The notes beneath the pieces were generated by a model, which did no database searches, was not told the DNA's origin, and saw only the letters and a program-made list of their open reading frames with translations. From IMG/VR virus record IMGVR_UViG_3300033463_000038, positions 55,673 to 119,672 of that record: a DNA stretch of 64,000 nucleotides. The stretch is one strand, 5' to 3'. This document shows positions 29,762-39,497 of the stretch, piece by piece (within the stretch, counting starts at the first letter, position 1; every line of letters begins with the position of its first letter). This stretch comes from a virus. Its lineage: Duplodnaviria; Caudoviricetes. The position numbers and the translations under genes are program-made.

Positions 29762-32692
29762 ATGGCTAATACGGCTTACAACGTCCCAGGAGTTGGCTAC
29801 ACTGAAGTCGACAACACTGTGATGCCGAATGCTACTCCAGGTGAGGGAATTGGAGCTATCGTTATCAACGCAAACAGAGGATATCCTAACCAGCGTGTTC
29901 TCTGTACGTCGATCGACAAGTTTCACGAGTATTTCGGCACACCAGACGATCCGAATCAATATGGACACTTCGCTGCTCAGGTCTATTTCGAGCAGGGTGG
30001 TGCTACTCAGCTTCTCGCTGTGAGAGCTACTCAGGGTGATGAAGGCTACGCTCAGATTCAGTACCCTTACACTGACTCTATCGATAAGCAAGATCTAAAC
30101 AAGATTCATCAGAGACTCGATTTCGTCGACAACGGTATGCTTGACAATCTGAAGATCGTCGAAGCTGTTACATCTGGTGATATTTCTCACGATTTGAGTA
30201 AACAAGAAGGATTCGAAGGAGCTGGATTCTCTGACAACGAAGGCGTATTCGAGTATCGAGCTAAGTCGAGGGTCGGAACAGTCAATGATATCTTCAACAG
30301 TGCATACGACTACGGCGACATCTACGTCTATCGTGATACCGAATATGACGACAATGAAGAGGGCAAGGCTTACTACGACGGAACTGGCAAGGCCATGTTC
30401 GCTGTTACCAGCGGCGATATCACGCTAACGTCTGGCGATACGTTCAACCAGTCTCTCACTTCTGCTTACGCAGTTGGTAATGCTGCTTACTACGAGACTA
30501 TGATCGCTATCGAGAGCTCTGCATCACTTTCTGGAGAAACTCTAACTCAGAAGGTTTATGCAAAGAAGATCGAAGGAACGACTGTCAATCTCGATTCTCT
30601 CATGGGAGATGCTCAGATGCCTCAGAAGACAGACGTCAGTTCTGAAACTGTCAAGAAGCTGACTCTAGTCGACTGGGATGACAGCTTGATCAAGTCGTTC
30701 ATCGTCAAGAAATCTGAATGGAATCCTGAAGACGTCAAGGCTCTGCAGTTCACAGAATATGGCACTGCCGACAGCCGTTATCTTCTCGTCAAGGCAGATG
30801 GACTCAGCGTTCAGAACTGCAATGACGCAACAGACTCTGATCTGCGCTACGTAGCAGATGAATACGGAGTTCAGGTAGCGGACATCAACAACGTTAATTA
30901 CGCTATCATCAAGTATAAGCTCGCAAAGAGCGAGGATGACGAAATTCAGATCATCTTGGCTGTCGTCGACAAGTCTAAGTATGGCACTCAGCCGTCTGGA
31001 TCTCATGTCGAATCTCTCGCTGACGCAGCTCTCGCTTACGAGTACACTTGGTCTCTGTTCAAGGAAGTCAATCAGAAGAAGATCACTATCGTTCCGACTT
31101 ACGGAAGCCCGATAACGAAGTCTATCATCAAGCCGTGGCAGATCGGAGACGTCGATTCTGATATCGATCCGTTGGTCGCTATCTCTTCGACAGAAGTCTT
31201 CTCGGATCCGACTGGCATCTGGAAGGACGGCTATACACCAGCTTGCGAAACAGATGGCGAACCTGGTAACGGCGACATCGAGTCTTATCAGTCTAACAAG
31301 AAGGATCAGCTCGTGATCGCTGCAATCGGTCCTGGCGAATTCGGTAACGATGTCGGCATCTCCGTCATCACTCCTGAAGCTGCTAAGATTCCTGCTCTCT
31401 ATGGTCCTAACGCGTTCTCTTGGCTATATCGCTATGACGATGAAGACAAGGTTGACGCAGACGGCCTCGACTATACGCAGAATCCGGACAACCTGACTTG
31501 GAAGAAAGTCTACAAGATCAACGTCTACGTGAAGGCCCACTCTAAGACAGCTGCAGTCTGGGGATTCGGTCTTGATGCTCTGTCAAGCTCTCCAGTCGAA
31601 TCTTGGCTCGTCTCTAACGATCCTTCTGCAAAGGACGAGAACGGCAACAGCCTCTGGGCTCCTTACGTGATCAACGGCAAGTCCAACTACATCTACGTAT
31701 CTAAGAAGTCAGTTGAAGCTGCTAAGGATCGCTTCGGCAACTACTCTATGCCGGAAATGACATGGTCTATCTACCAGATGACCGGTGGTACGAATTCTAA
31801 GCTGAACAACGTCAAGGAAAAGACGAAGGGTCTAGATCTGTACAAGAATAGAAAGAAAGCTACGCTTGACTATCTGTTCAACGTCGAACCTATCGAGACT
31901 TTCTCTGGAAAGCAGAAGTACATGGCTATGCAGACTCGTATCGGTCAGATCGCTTCTGACAGAAAAATGGACCTCGGCATCATCCAGTGTACGTCTAAGG
32001 AAGCTAAGACGATCCGTCTCAAGGTTTCCGAGGGTAAGATGTTCAGCTTCGGCAATGGCTCTTACGTCGCTGGATATGATGACTATGATCGTTACTTCGA
32101 TCCGTTCACCAGCACTTACGTGATGCTTCCTAAGTCGGTAGCTGCTGCAGTCGCTTGCTGCTTCTGCGATACCTATCTTCAGCCTTGGATGGCTCCTGCT
32201 GGTACGACACAGGGACGTATCGCTTATTCTGACCGTACGATGACGAGACTCGACGATGATGAATTTGGACAGCTGTTCGACATCAACGTCAATGCTTCTC
32301 AGTTCTTCCAGGGCTCTGGCGAGTGCTTGATGGCACAGAAGACGATGTTGAAGAAGGAGTCTGCTTTCAACAGAATCGACATCAGAAAACTATGCAATTA
32401 TATTGAGAAGTATCTCGAAGGCAAGCTGACTCCTTATCTCTATCGTAAGAACACGTCTACAGAGCGTTCTTCTATGAAGACTGCTGTCGATACCTTCATC
32501 GGTCGCATTCAGTCTGCTGGTGGAATCATCTGGCGAGACGTCAAGGTCATCCCTGACGAGAAGAACACTCATCTCGTCTACGTGAAGATCAAGTTCATTC
32601 CAGCAGAATCGATCGAGAGAATCGAAGTTGTGCTCGACCTGAACAGAAATACTGGAACTATTACTGCTACTGAGGCAGTAACTCGTCTCTAA
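29762..32692 (+). CDS. 18: contractile tail sheath protein (T4 gp18)
   Basis: PGVGYTEVD, GEFGND, PWMAPAG...RG, AFNRIDIRKL, C-terminal sheath domain; late promoter at 29688. Confidence 0.93.
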   Translation: MANTAYNVPGVGYTEVDNTVMPNATPGEGIGAIVINANRGYPNQRVLCTSIDKFHEYFGTPDDPNQYGHFAAQVYFEQGGATQLLAVRATQGDEGYAQIQYPYTDSIDKQDLNKIHQRLDFVDNGMLDNLKIVEAVTSGDISHDLSKQEGFEGAGFSDNEGVFEYRAKSRVGTVNDIFNSAYDYGDIYVYRDTEYDDNEEGKAYYDGTGKAMFAVTSGDITLTSGDTFNQSLTSAYAVGNAAYYETMIAIESSASLSGETLTQKVYAKKIEGTTVNLDSLMGDAQMPQKTDVSSETVKKLTLVDWDDSLIKSFIVKKSEWNPEDVKALQFTEYGTADSRYLLVKADGLSVQNCNDATDSDLRYVADEYGVQVADINNVNYAIIKYKLAKSEDDEIQIILAVVDKSKYGTQPSGSHVESLADAALAYEYTWSLFKEVNQKKITIVPTYGSPITKSIIKPWQIGDVDSDIDPLVAISSTEVFSDPTGIWKDGYTPACETDGEPGNGDIESYQSNKKDQLVIAAIGPGEFGNDVGISVITPEAAKIPALYGPNAFSWLYRYDDEDKVDADGLDYTQNPDNLTWKKVYKINVYVKAHSKTAAVWGFGLDALSSSPVESWLVSNDPSAKDENGNSLWAPYVINGKSNYIYVSKKSVEAAKDRFGNYSMPEMTWSIYQMTGGTNSKLNNVKEKTKGLDLYKNRKKATLDYLFNVEPIETFSGKQKYMAMQTRIGQIASDRKMDLGIIQCTSKEAKTIRLKVSEGKMFSFGNGSYVAGYDDYDRYFDPFTSTYVMLPKSVAAAVACCFCDTYLQPWMAPAGTTQGRIAYSDRTMTRLDDDEFGQLFDINVNASQFFQGSGECLMAQKTMLKKESAFNRIDIRKLCNYIEKYLEGKLTPYLYRKNTSTERSSMKTAVDTFIGRIQSAGGIIWRDVKVIPDEKNTHLVYVKIKFIPAESIERIEVVLDLNRNTGTITATEAVTRL

Positions 32693-32709
32693 TCTCCTAC
32701 TATAACTAG

Positions 32710-32741
32710 AAAATCCCGCTTAACCACAGCGGGATTTTTTT
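32710..32741 (+). terminator. rho-independent terminator
   Basis: aaaatcccgc-ttaaccaca-gcgggatttttt. Confidence 0.85.
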
Positions 32742-32754
32742 GTATAAATATTCT

Positions 32755-33165
32755 ATGCTTCCTATAACAGAATCATCGGACTTCAAGCGCGTAGGCGATA
32801 CCGTAGAGGCTGGCTACTACGATCTGACGTTGTTTAATGACAGTGAGATGTACGAATGCTCTAACTTCTACGCGATGGATCAGGCTATCGAAAACTATCT
32901 GTTGACGATTCCTGGAGAACGGCTATTCAATCTGACGTTTGGTAGTCCATTATATTCAGTATTGTACAAGAAGAATAGCAACACTGAAGAGCTAAGAGAG
33001 ATGATATACAGCGATGTCGAGAACGCATTGAGAATCTCTATCGACAGAAGCACAGCTGAGCTCGGGAGCACAGAGGATCCGCATATTTTAAAAATCCACT
33101 TCAGATATTCTACACTAGACGGAGCAATCTTAAATCATGAATTCGTTAGAAGATTCAGCAAATAG
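32755..33165 (+). CDS. 25: baseplate wedge protein gp25-like
   Basis: AMDQAIENYLLTIPGERLFNLTFGSPL. Confidence 0.85.
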   Translation: MLPITESSDFKRVGDTVEAGYYDLTLFNDSEMYECSNFYAMDQAIENYLLTIPGERLFNLTFGSPLYSVLYKKNSNTEELREMIYSDVENALRISIDRSTAELGSTEDPHILKIHFRYSTLDGAILNHEFVRRFSK

Positions 33166-33547
33166 AGTAGCAGAAGCTTACAAATCTTTTAAGATCGAAG
33201 ATACTAAATTAGGCAAACACTGCTCCTATAATCCATATACCGACGAGATTACACTCAGTTTCGAGACAATTAAGCGCTATCTAGACATCTTCAAGATTCT
33301 TCATGAATTAGCGCACAGAGATCAGAGAGATGTAGAGCTTTTATACTCGGCTACAGGCTTGATAGAGTTGAACGCTAACAAGATAGCCTCTGAAGCATAT
33401 CAGCTACTTGGATATCCTCTTACGTACGAAGTCACAAGATATATCAACTACAACAACTTGTATTGGCTCAACTCTGATCTTACGCAGCGAGAGATAATGA
33501 GAAAGATCGCTGGAAAGAAGGAACTTATATGGCGTCTACCTGCATAG
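33137..33547 (+). CDS. zincin-like metallopeptidase (ImmA/IrrE-like)
   Basis: ILHELAH followed by IELNANKIA. Confidence 0.55.
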   Translation: MNSLEDSANRVAEAYKSFKIEDTKLGKHCSYNPYTDEITLSFETIKRYLDIFKILHELAHRDQRDVELLYSATGLIELNANKIASEAYQLLGYPLTYEVTRYINYNNLYWLNSDLTQREIMRKIAGKKELIWRLPA

Positions 33548-34338
33548 AACAAGCAAAGGAAGAACTAAAGAAATTCAACGACATCTCGATCGAACCGGTC
33601 GCACACAAGTACAGCGACTCTAAAGGCACTAAGTACACTTCCGTGACTACTTTCGTCGGTAAGTTCGCTGTTCCGTTCGACAAGGGCAAAATGGCTCTTA
33701 AATGCGCTCTACGGGACGCAAGACCAGTCAATGAAGTGTTGGATGAGTGGGAACAGAAAGGAGCTTACGCTCGCTGTCTGGGCACTGAAGTGCACGCTGT
33801 GATGGAACATCTGTGGAAACAGGACGAGAACAAGCCTGACTACGACGCGATGAGCAAGTTTCCTGGAATGATCGAAGATTTTGAGTACCGCAAGGGAATC
33901 TGCGTGGACTTGTACGAGAAGATGAAGAACGTGTACGAGCCGATCGCGAACGAAGTCATCGTGAACGACTCAGCGCTCGGCCTCTCTGGAACGATCGACT
34001 TCGTCGCTTACAACAAGCGCACTGACACGATCGACATTCTTGACTGGAAGACTTCTAAGCAGTTCTCTGTAAGCTCTGGATCACAGATGATGAAGGATCC
34101 GTTTGGCGCATTTCCGAACACTAACGTGTCTGAGTACAGCCTACAGCTAAGCTTATATAAGTACATCGTTGAGAAACACACGGACCTGAAGATTAACGAG
34201 CTTCGCCTCTTCCAGATACCAGGAAAGGGAAAGATGAAGACGATCAAGTGCTACGACATGGTCGACATCTTGAAGTCCAAGCTATTCAATGCAGAGACTC
34301 TGTCGAACGGAGAAATACTAGAATTCGCACAGAAATAA
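33529..34338 (+). CDS. PD-(D/E)XK exonuclease (RecB/Cas4-like superfamily)
   Basis: SVTT, GTEVH, LSGTIDF, LDWKTS, YSLQLSLY. Confidence 0.85.
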   Translation: MASTCIEQAKEELKKFNDISIEPVAHKYSDSKGTKYTSVTTFVGKFAVPFDKGKMALKCALRDARPVNEVLDEWEQKGAYARCLGTEVHAVMEHLWKQDENKPDYDAMSKFPGMIEDFEYRKGICVDLYEKMKNVYEPIANEVIVNDSALGLSGTIDFVAYNKRTDTIDILDWKTSKQFSVSSGSQMMKDPFGAFPNTNVSEYSLQLSLYKYIVEKHTDLKINELRLFQIPGKGKMKTIKCYDMVDILKSKLFNAETLSNGEILEFAQK

Positions 34339-34412
34339 GAAAACTTCTTTAAAAGATGTAAAGCATTTTACAAATTCGGTTTGAAATTCGATAAATATAT
34401 AAAAGACGAAAG

Positions 34413-34464
34413 ATTAAGATTTTCTGAAAAATCTATTTAGATTTCTCTTGAAAATACTTATATT
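34413..34464 (+). repeat. 52-bp direct repeat copy 1, containing an early promoter (34436-34464)
   Basis: Identical to 34873-34924. Confidence 0.85.
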
Positions 34465-34492
34465 ATTCTTGGAAAATCAAAGGGAGTTTAAG

Positions 34493-34867
34493 ATGGATAA
34501 GGACTATATCAAAACAGCTTACAACGAGATCTGCTCGGTCATGTACAACGGAGAAACCCCGGTTATTACCGTTGAATACGGCAGTCCTGAGCTCAATAAG
34601 CTTAAGAAAGAGTTTGAGAAAGATGGTTTCTATTCGACTCTCATCAATCTTGACGACAAGAACGTGGAAGAGATCAGAAAAGACCTCGGCGTTCTGAAAG
34701 ACACAATTCGTATGCTAGACGCAAAAAGCGTCGTATTCATCGAATTCCGTGGTGGAAACGAAGCTAAGTACAAAGAAGCTCTCGTCGTAAAGGAGCATCT
34801 CAGCGGTTTCTGCATTATCGTCAAGAAGATTTGGAAGCAAGAAGGGATCGAAATCGGAAAAATCTAA
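34493..34867 (+). CDS. hypothetical early protein
   Basis: GGGAG SD; lies between the two 52-bp repeats. Confidence 0.6.
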   Translation: MDKDYIKTAYNEICSVMYNGETPVITVEYGSPELNKLKKEFEKDGFYSTLINLDDKNVEEIRKDLGVLKDTIRMLDAKSVVFIEFRGGNEAKYKEALVVKEHLSGFCIIVKKIWKQEGIEIGKI

Positions 34868-34872
34868 AAAAA

Positions 34873-34924
34873 ATTAAGATTTTCTGAAAAATCTATTTAG
34901 ATTTCTCTTGAAAATACTTATATT
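34873..34924 (+). repeat. 52-bp direct repeat copy 2, containing an early promoter (34896-34924)
   Basis: Identical to 34413-34464. Confidence 0.85.
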
Positions 34925-34970
34925 TACTATGTAAACAACAAAAGATCTAACTTCAACAAGGACCATAACT

Positions 34971-35492
34971 ATGATCAACACTGCCGCACTCTCCGCCCTC
35001 AAGGGAACTCACAACTCTGTCAAGATCATCACGACCAAGCAGGGTTCTCCGTTCAACGAAACTAAGAAGAACAAGGCTGCTCTTCTCGAACTCGGCATCG
35101 ACGTCGACAAGATGGTCAAGGTCACCACTTTCGACTGCTTCGCTGGTTCCGACATCGACTACAAGGAACTCTACAAAGAACGCGCTGGTGAAGAAAAGGA
35201 ATCCCGTCCGATCAACACCAACAACACTTGGGTCGAAGGTCTCGAAGGCATCCTCATGACCAACTCCACGACTGGCAACAAGCTCGTCCGCATCTACACG
35301 GACAACAACCATCGCGCTAAGTCTGTCTACATCTACAACGGCGAAATCTTCGACAACTACAAAGAAAAGTACGCCGAATACCTCAAGAAGCCCCGCGTGG
35401 TAAACGAAAAGGCTGAAGGACTCTGCCCCATGTCCCTCACCCTCGAAACCATCACCTCCATCGAAGTCGACGGTCAGAAGGTCGCTCTCTAA
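34971..35492 (+). CDS. hypothetical early protein, strongly biased codons
   Basis: AAGGA SD; mostly C-ending codons; own promoter and terminator. Confidence 0.7.
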   Translation: MINTAALSALKGTHNSVKIITTKQGSPFNETKKNKAALLELGIDVDKMVKVTTFDCFAGSDIDYKELYKERAGEEKESRPINTNNTWVEGLEGILMTNSTTGNKLVRIYTDNNHRAKSVYIYNGEIFDNYKEKYAEYLKKPRVVNEKAEGLCPMSLTLETITSIEVDGQKVAL

Positions 35493-35531
35493 TCCGTCTC
35501 GCTTCGCTAAAGTCAACGTAGTCATAACCTC

Positions 35532-35560
35532 AAAGAGGACCTTACCTCAGGTCCTCTTTT
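35532..35560 (+). terminator. rho-independent terminator
   Basis: aaagaggacct-tacctc-aggtcctctttt. Confidence 0.85.
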
Positions 35561-35709
35561 CCGTGTTCGTAGCGAAAATTTTAGCACTTAAATAATGTTA
35601 AATTGTTTTTTAAGAAGTCCTCATAATTTCGTTTAACCTGAGAATTTTCGATCCGCTCTATCGCTTGGACTTCTTGATCGAAATTCTCTTCAGCTTGAGG
35701 AAAATATCG

Positions 35710-36168
35710 ATGGCAATCGCACGATATAACCTAAAGATCGTCGCAAATGGAAAGGTGCTTATCGCACTTCCAACGACATCCAAGACGGCTGGGCACAATG
35801 ACTGGGTTCTTCCCAGTGATCTAATGACAGTCGAAAATCCAGCAAACGACGTCAGAAAGCTGTTCAGCAGACTGACTGGCCGCGACATTGAAGAAGTCGC
35901 TCGCAACTATCACGCTCTTCAGTACGTTCAGCGTGTTGAAGACGAGAAGATCAACTATCGCACAGAGATCTATCTCGATGAAGAACTTCCGATGAGCTTC
36001 TCTACTTGCTCTCTCACTCGCTATGACAAGGCGAACGAGATGAGAATTCCGAAGTATGTCAAGTTCAAGTGGGTCGATGAAGATGAGCTGTACTACTGGC
36101 TGACCCGTCAGTACTGCCGTCTCGAAGATATCCGTATCTCTTACTTCTATCCCGAGAACGGCCGATAA
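35710..36168 (+). CDS. hypothetical protein, possibly a degenerate Nudix fold
   Basis: GKVLI...WVLP...LTG...FKWVDEDEL pattern without the canonical Nudix glutamates. Confidence 0.4.
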   Translation: MAIARYNLKIVANGKVLIALPTTSKTAGHNDWVLPSDLMTVENPANDVRKLFSRLTGRDIEEVARNYHALQYVQRVEDEKINYRTEIYLDEELPMSFSTCSLTRYDKANEMRIPKYVKFKWVDEDELYYWLTRQYCRLEDIRISYFYPENGR

Positions 36169-36180
36169 GGAGCTCGTTCT

Positions 36181-36459
36181 ATGGAATGTGAGAATATTGA
36201 TTTTCTAGTAGATACAGCGAAAGAACACGTTGTTCTGAAGAACGAAGAGATCAAGGAAATCGTAGAGAAACGCTACTATTCCGAAGTGATCGACTTGGTT
36301 AGAGGAATGACGCAGGCAGAGCTGCAGATTCTCTACTATTGGGGATTCAGGCTCCGCAACTTCATCTTCTGCTCGGCTGCATCTCAGGAACTGAGAGAAC
36401 ATTACGGCCTTACGCCGAACTATGAGCTGTGCAGCGAACGTATGTCTGAATACACTTAG
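36181..36459 (+). CDS. hypothetical protein
   Basis: AAGGAG SD. Confidence 0.55.
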   Translation: MECENIDFLVDTAKEHVVLKNEEIKEIVEKRYYSEVIDLVRGMTQAELQILYYWGFRLRNFIFCSAASQELREHYGLTPNYELCSERMSEYT

Positions 36460-36614
36460 AAGACAGAGAAAGTCCAGTTATAAATAAACTGGACGAAGCA
36501 ATAAGAGGCGCTTCTCCACTTGAGGCGCTTCTTTTGTATGAGCTCCAGGCAAACTGCTGAATAGCTGCATGATCGTCCTAACAACTGTGCGAACTGCACA
36601 TGGAGAATAATACA

Positions 36615-37073
36615 ATGGAAGGCATCCTTAATAATGGTCTCACGCTAGCTGACCAGCTTCAAAACGCACTCAATCACTTCGACAGCTACATGCCGTCGTC
36701 TTTCGAAAAGGCTATCAAGTCCGAATTCCCATCTAACTGCCATTGGCCGTACAACGTCGTCGAGGAAGAAGATGGCTCTATCACGTACGAAGTCGCCGTC
36801 GTTGGAAAGACTAAAGACGACATCACCGTAACGTCTAAGGAAACGGATACGATCCCTATGCTCATCATCGAAGTCGAAGACGACAAGAAAGATTCTAAGC
36901 GCAAGATGATCGAAGAGAGAATCAAGCGCGGTCATCTCAGACTAGAGATCAGCGTCGAACCGAAGTACGATCTGTCTCAGATCAAGGCTAAGGTGCAGAA
37001 CGGCCTCTTGACCGTCAACGTTCCTCTCGCCAAGATCCCAGAACCGAAAGTGACTAAGTACACTATCGAATAA
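36615..37073 (+). CDS. small heat-shock protein (Hsp20/alpha-crystallin)
   Basis: WPYNVVE...YEVAVVGKTKDDITV...IKAKVQNGLLTVNVP. Confidence 0.9.
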   Translation: MEGILNNGLTLADQLQNALNHFDSYMPSSFEKAIKSEFPSNCHWPYNVVEEEDGSITYEVAVVGKTKDDITVTSKETDTIPMLIIEVEDDKKDSKRKMIEERIKRGHLRLEISVEPKYDLSQIKAKVQNGLLTVNVPLAKIPEPKVTKYTIE

Positions 37074-37089
37074 AAAGCACCTAGAGAAC

Positions 37090-37791
37090 ATGGCAAATTT
37101 CGGAACAATAACGCTGTCTAATCTAACAGACCCACAGCCTTCTTACGAATGGACGAGAAAGGCTCTCACGAGCTCTATAAACGAGTATATCAGTAAATCT
37201 CTATCAGAGAACGTGAATATACCTTTGTTCGGCGTAGAAGGCTCTATTCTGTATCCTACAGCGGGTACTGTTCCGTATGCCTGTTCTCCAGGATCTTCTC
37301 AATGTGGAAGATTGATCTCTTTAGTTCCTGGGACAATTTCTGAGTCGGAATACGACTCTGTGGCTGCTAAAGCGCGCGAAGGAAGCGACTACTGGACGGA
37401 GTTCTTCGTCCTGATAGGGAAGGCATTGTTTAGATCGAAATTGACGGTAGCTCCGTATGTTCCAGATATAGGAAAATCTGGCTATTCGACAAGGATCGTC
37501 TATACGTCAGATACGTTGACAGCGATATCCTCTAAGTACAAGAAGAGCACATTCACGCTAGCGAGCGTACTTTATGACTGGCGTGCTGCTGGATCTAAGA
37601 TTAGCATCGAGATCGCTGAAAGTAAGCCGAGCGAATCTGCTCAATTGTGGAATTTCGTATCGGAACGTGTTCGCAACGCTGCTATAGCTACTACGAATAT
37701 AAAGAGAAAGTATGTCGGCAACGTACAGAGAAGCACAGACCCTGAACCTGGATTGCTAAACGGATATATCTACGGAAGCTTAAAATTCTGA
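37090..37791 (+). CDS. hypothetical protein, probably structural
   Basis: 233 aa in a late operon. Confidence 0.55.
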   Translation: MANFGTITLSNLTDPQPSYEWTRKALTSSINEYISKSLSENVNIPLFGVEGSILYPTAGTVPYACSPGSSQCGRLISLVPGTISESEYDSVAAKAREGSDYWTEFFVLIGKALFRSKLTVAPYVPDIGKSGYSTRIVYTSDTLTAISSKYKKSTFTLASVLYDWRAAGSKISIEIAESKPSESAQLWNFVSERVRNAAIATTNIKRKYVGNVQRSTDPEPGLLNGYIYGSLKF

Positions 37792-37798
37792 GGAAAAC

Positions 37799-38416
37799 AT
37801 GGCAGACACATTTCAGAAAAACGTAAACAACTTCTCTAAGAACAAGTATCTCTTGTCAATAAGCAATATTCCGAACTTGACCGTCATTCCTGATGACGAA
37901 GTCGATCTGTCTGTATTCAACACTTCCGTAAAGTCTGTAGAGATCCCAAACATCACTCTCGCTCTACTTCATTCATATTTCAACCACGAGGACCAGAAGC
38001 ATCCGAATCCTCAAGGCGCAAGAGAGACTAATACTCTCAACGTTGAGTGGATGCTAGACTCTAAGTTCATGAACTACATTCTGTTCGCTGCTTGGGCTCA
38101 GGGCTCTCGCTACGGCATACCAGCTAGAGAACCGAGAGAAGATCTAGGAGAGGCTCTTCTCCGTGACAACTGCATCGACAGAATTGACATATATTCACTC
38201 GACAACACGGGCTTTCCGACTGCAAAGCTGTCGTTCTTTAGGGCATTCTTGACTGGATTAGGAAATCTTCCTCTCGAATTCGGTGACGCTTCGATTGTCA
38301 CTTTTAATACTACGTTCGAATACGAGAAGTTTGGTCTCACTGTTCAACAAAAATTGGCTGATGGCACATGGGCCATCGAACCTTTAAAGAACAAGACTAT
38401 CTCCGCTAAATCCTAG
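37799..38416 (+). CDS. tail tube terminator, T4 gp3-like (tube fold)
   Basis: NNFSKNKYLLSISNIP...SVEIPNITL...LNVEWMLDSKFMNY...VTFNTTFEY. Confidence 0.7.
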   Translation: MADTFQKNVNNFSKNKYLLSISNIPNLTVIPDDEVDLSVFNTSVKSVEIPNITLALLHSYFNHEDQKHPNPQGARETNTLNVEWMLDSKFMNYILFAAWAQGSRYGIPAREPREDLGEALLRDNCIDRIDIYSLDNTGFPTAKLSFFRAFLTGLGNLPLEFGDASIVTFNTTFEYEKFGLTVQQKLADGTWAIEPLKNKTISAKS

Positions 38417-39165
38417 ATCTCTGGAAGGAAGAATTCTGGAGACATAGAAATCTCGGCGTAAGCTTTTTCACCACATTCGCACTTATATTCAGCGTACGGA
38501 ATAGCGCCGAACGTGTATTTTCTGAGTGTGCTTACTAGACGTGAGAAATCCTTTGCGCTGCCATTGCCTCTCGTAAAGTACGTATAAGCTTCGTAGATGC
38601 TTACTGGACTGCCGTTGATAGTCTTCACGTTTGATGCGACAGTCAACATGTCAGAGTCGATATTCTCGATGAAAGCTGGATTTGCTTTTGTCCTCTCGAC
38701 TTCGATCTCTGTCTCGATGTCCGGAAATTCCAGTGTCAGCTTGTCGCCATTTGGAAGTTCGAGCTCTTCAGGCAGTTCGTTTTCGAGATATACTACGATC
38801 AAGTCGGACAGCCGATAGTCGTACAGCTTCTCTGCGCCGCACTTCTTGCACTTGCCTATAACCTTCATCGGCTGGTCATCGTAAGTGATCGAGCGCAGAT
38901 AGTAGATCAACCATAGCTTGTCGTTCACCTTGATCTTTCCTACGCTTATTCCGTCTAGAGCGCTGTTCAGAATCTTGTTGAAGATATTATTAGCGTTCTC
39001 CTTACGTACTTTAGAAAGCTCTTTCATTTCGATTGCGCTAAGCTTTCTGGCAGTGATGTCGCCGTCATAATAACGGCCTTTCGAAGGCAATAGCGACTTA
39101 TTGATCGTTACTCTTCTAGGAGAGCTGATTTTTGATACTTCACTCACTTCACGGATAGACTTCAT
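38413..39165 (-). CDS. baseplate hub assembly protein, second gp26-like paralogue
   Basis: LPSKGRYY, DKLWLIYYLRSITY, CxxC pairs, ends PEFFLPEI. Confidence 0.7.
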   Translation of the reverse strand: MKSIREVSEVSKISSPRRVTINKSLLPSKGRYYDGDITARKLSAIEMKELSKVRKENANNIFNKILNSALDGISVGKIKVNDKLWLIYYLRSITYDDQPMKVIGKCKKCGAEKLYDYRLSDLIVVYLENELPEELELPNGDKLTLEFPDIETEIEVERTKANPAFIENIDSDMLTVASNVKTINGSPVSIYEAYTYFTRGNGSAKDFSRLVSTLRKYTFGAIPYAEYKCECGEKAYAEISMSPEFFLPEI

Positions 39166-39193
39166 AGTTGAAAACTCCTGTTCAAGTTATAAG

Positions 39194-39442
39194 CTATTTA
39201 TGCTTTCTTCTGATCTCTTTCTGTTTCTTGGGCATTTCGATCTTTAGATCTCGGCCAGTTATATCTACGATAGTGCCATCTGGTTTGTAAACTCTTAGAA
39301 ACTTATCACCAGAAAATGTCTTCAGCCACTCGTATTTAGCTGCTTCGATCTGCTGTTCATAGCACGTTCTGTCGTTGCAGATGTGTATAGTAGCTGCAAA
39401 TGCGAAGGCAGCGAACAATAGTACAAAGTTGATAGTCTTCAT
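39194..39442 (-). CDS. small exported protein
   Basis: Signal peptide MKTINFVLLFAAFAFA; late promoter 39450-39457 (-). Confidence 0.6.
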   Translation of the reverse strand: MKTINFVLLFAAFAFAATIHICNDRTCYEQQIEAAKYEWLKTFSGDKFLRVYKPDGTIVDITGRDLKIEMPKKQKEIRRKHK

Positions 39443-39497
39443 AGTATACTATTTATAGCGCTCATATAAATAAACAGATAAAACCGGAGAATTTAGC

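Noticed and set aside
33529-34338. Cas4 of a CRISPR system
   Set aside because: No clear Fe-S cysteine cluster pattern and no CRISPR context; ordinary phage PD-(D/E)XK exonuclease.
34953-35525. 190-aa antisense ORF with apparent SD and ATG
   Set aside because: Fully overlaps a codon-biased sense gene; only the anti-RBS string was kept as a weak observation.
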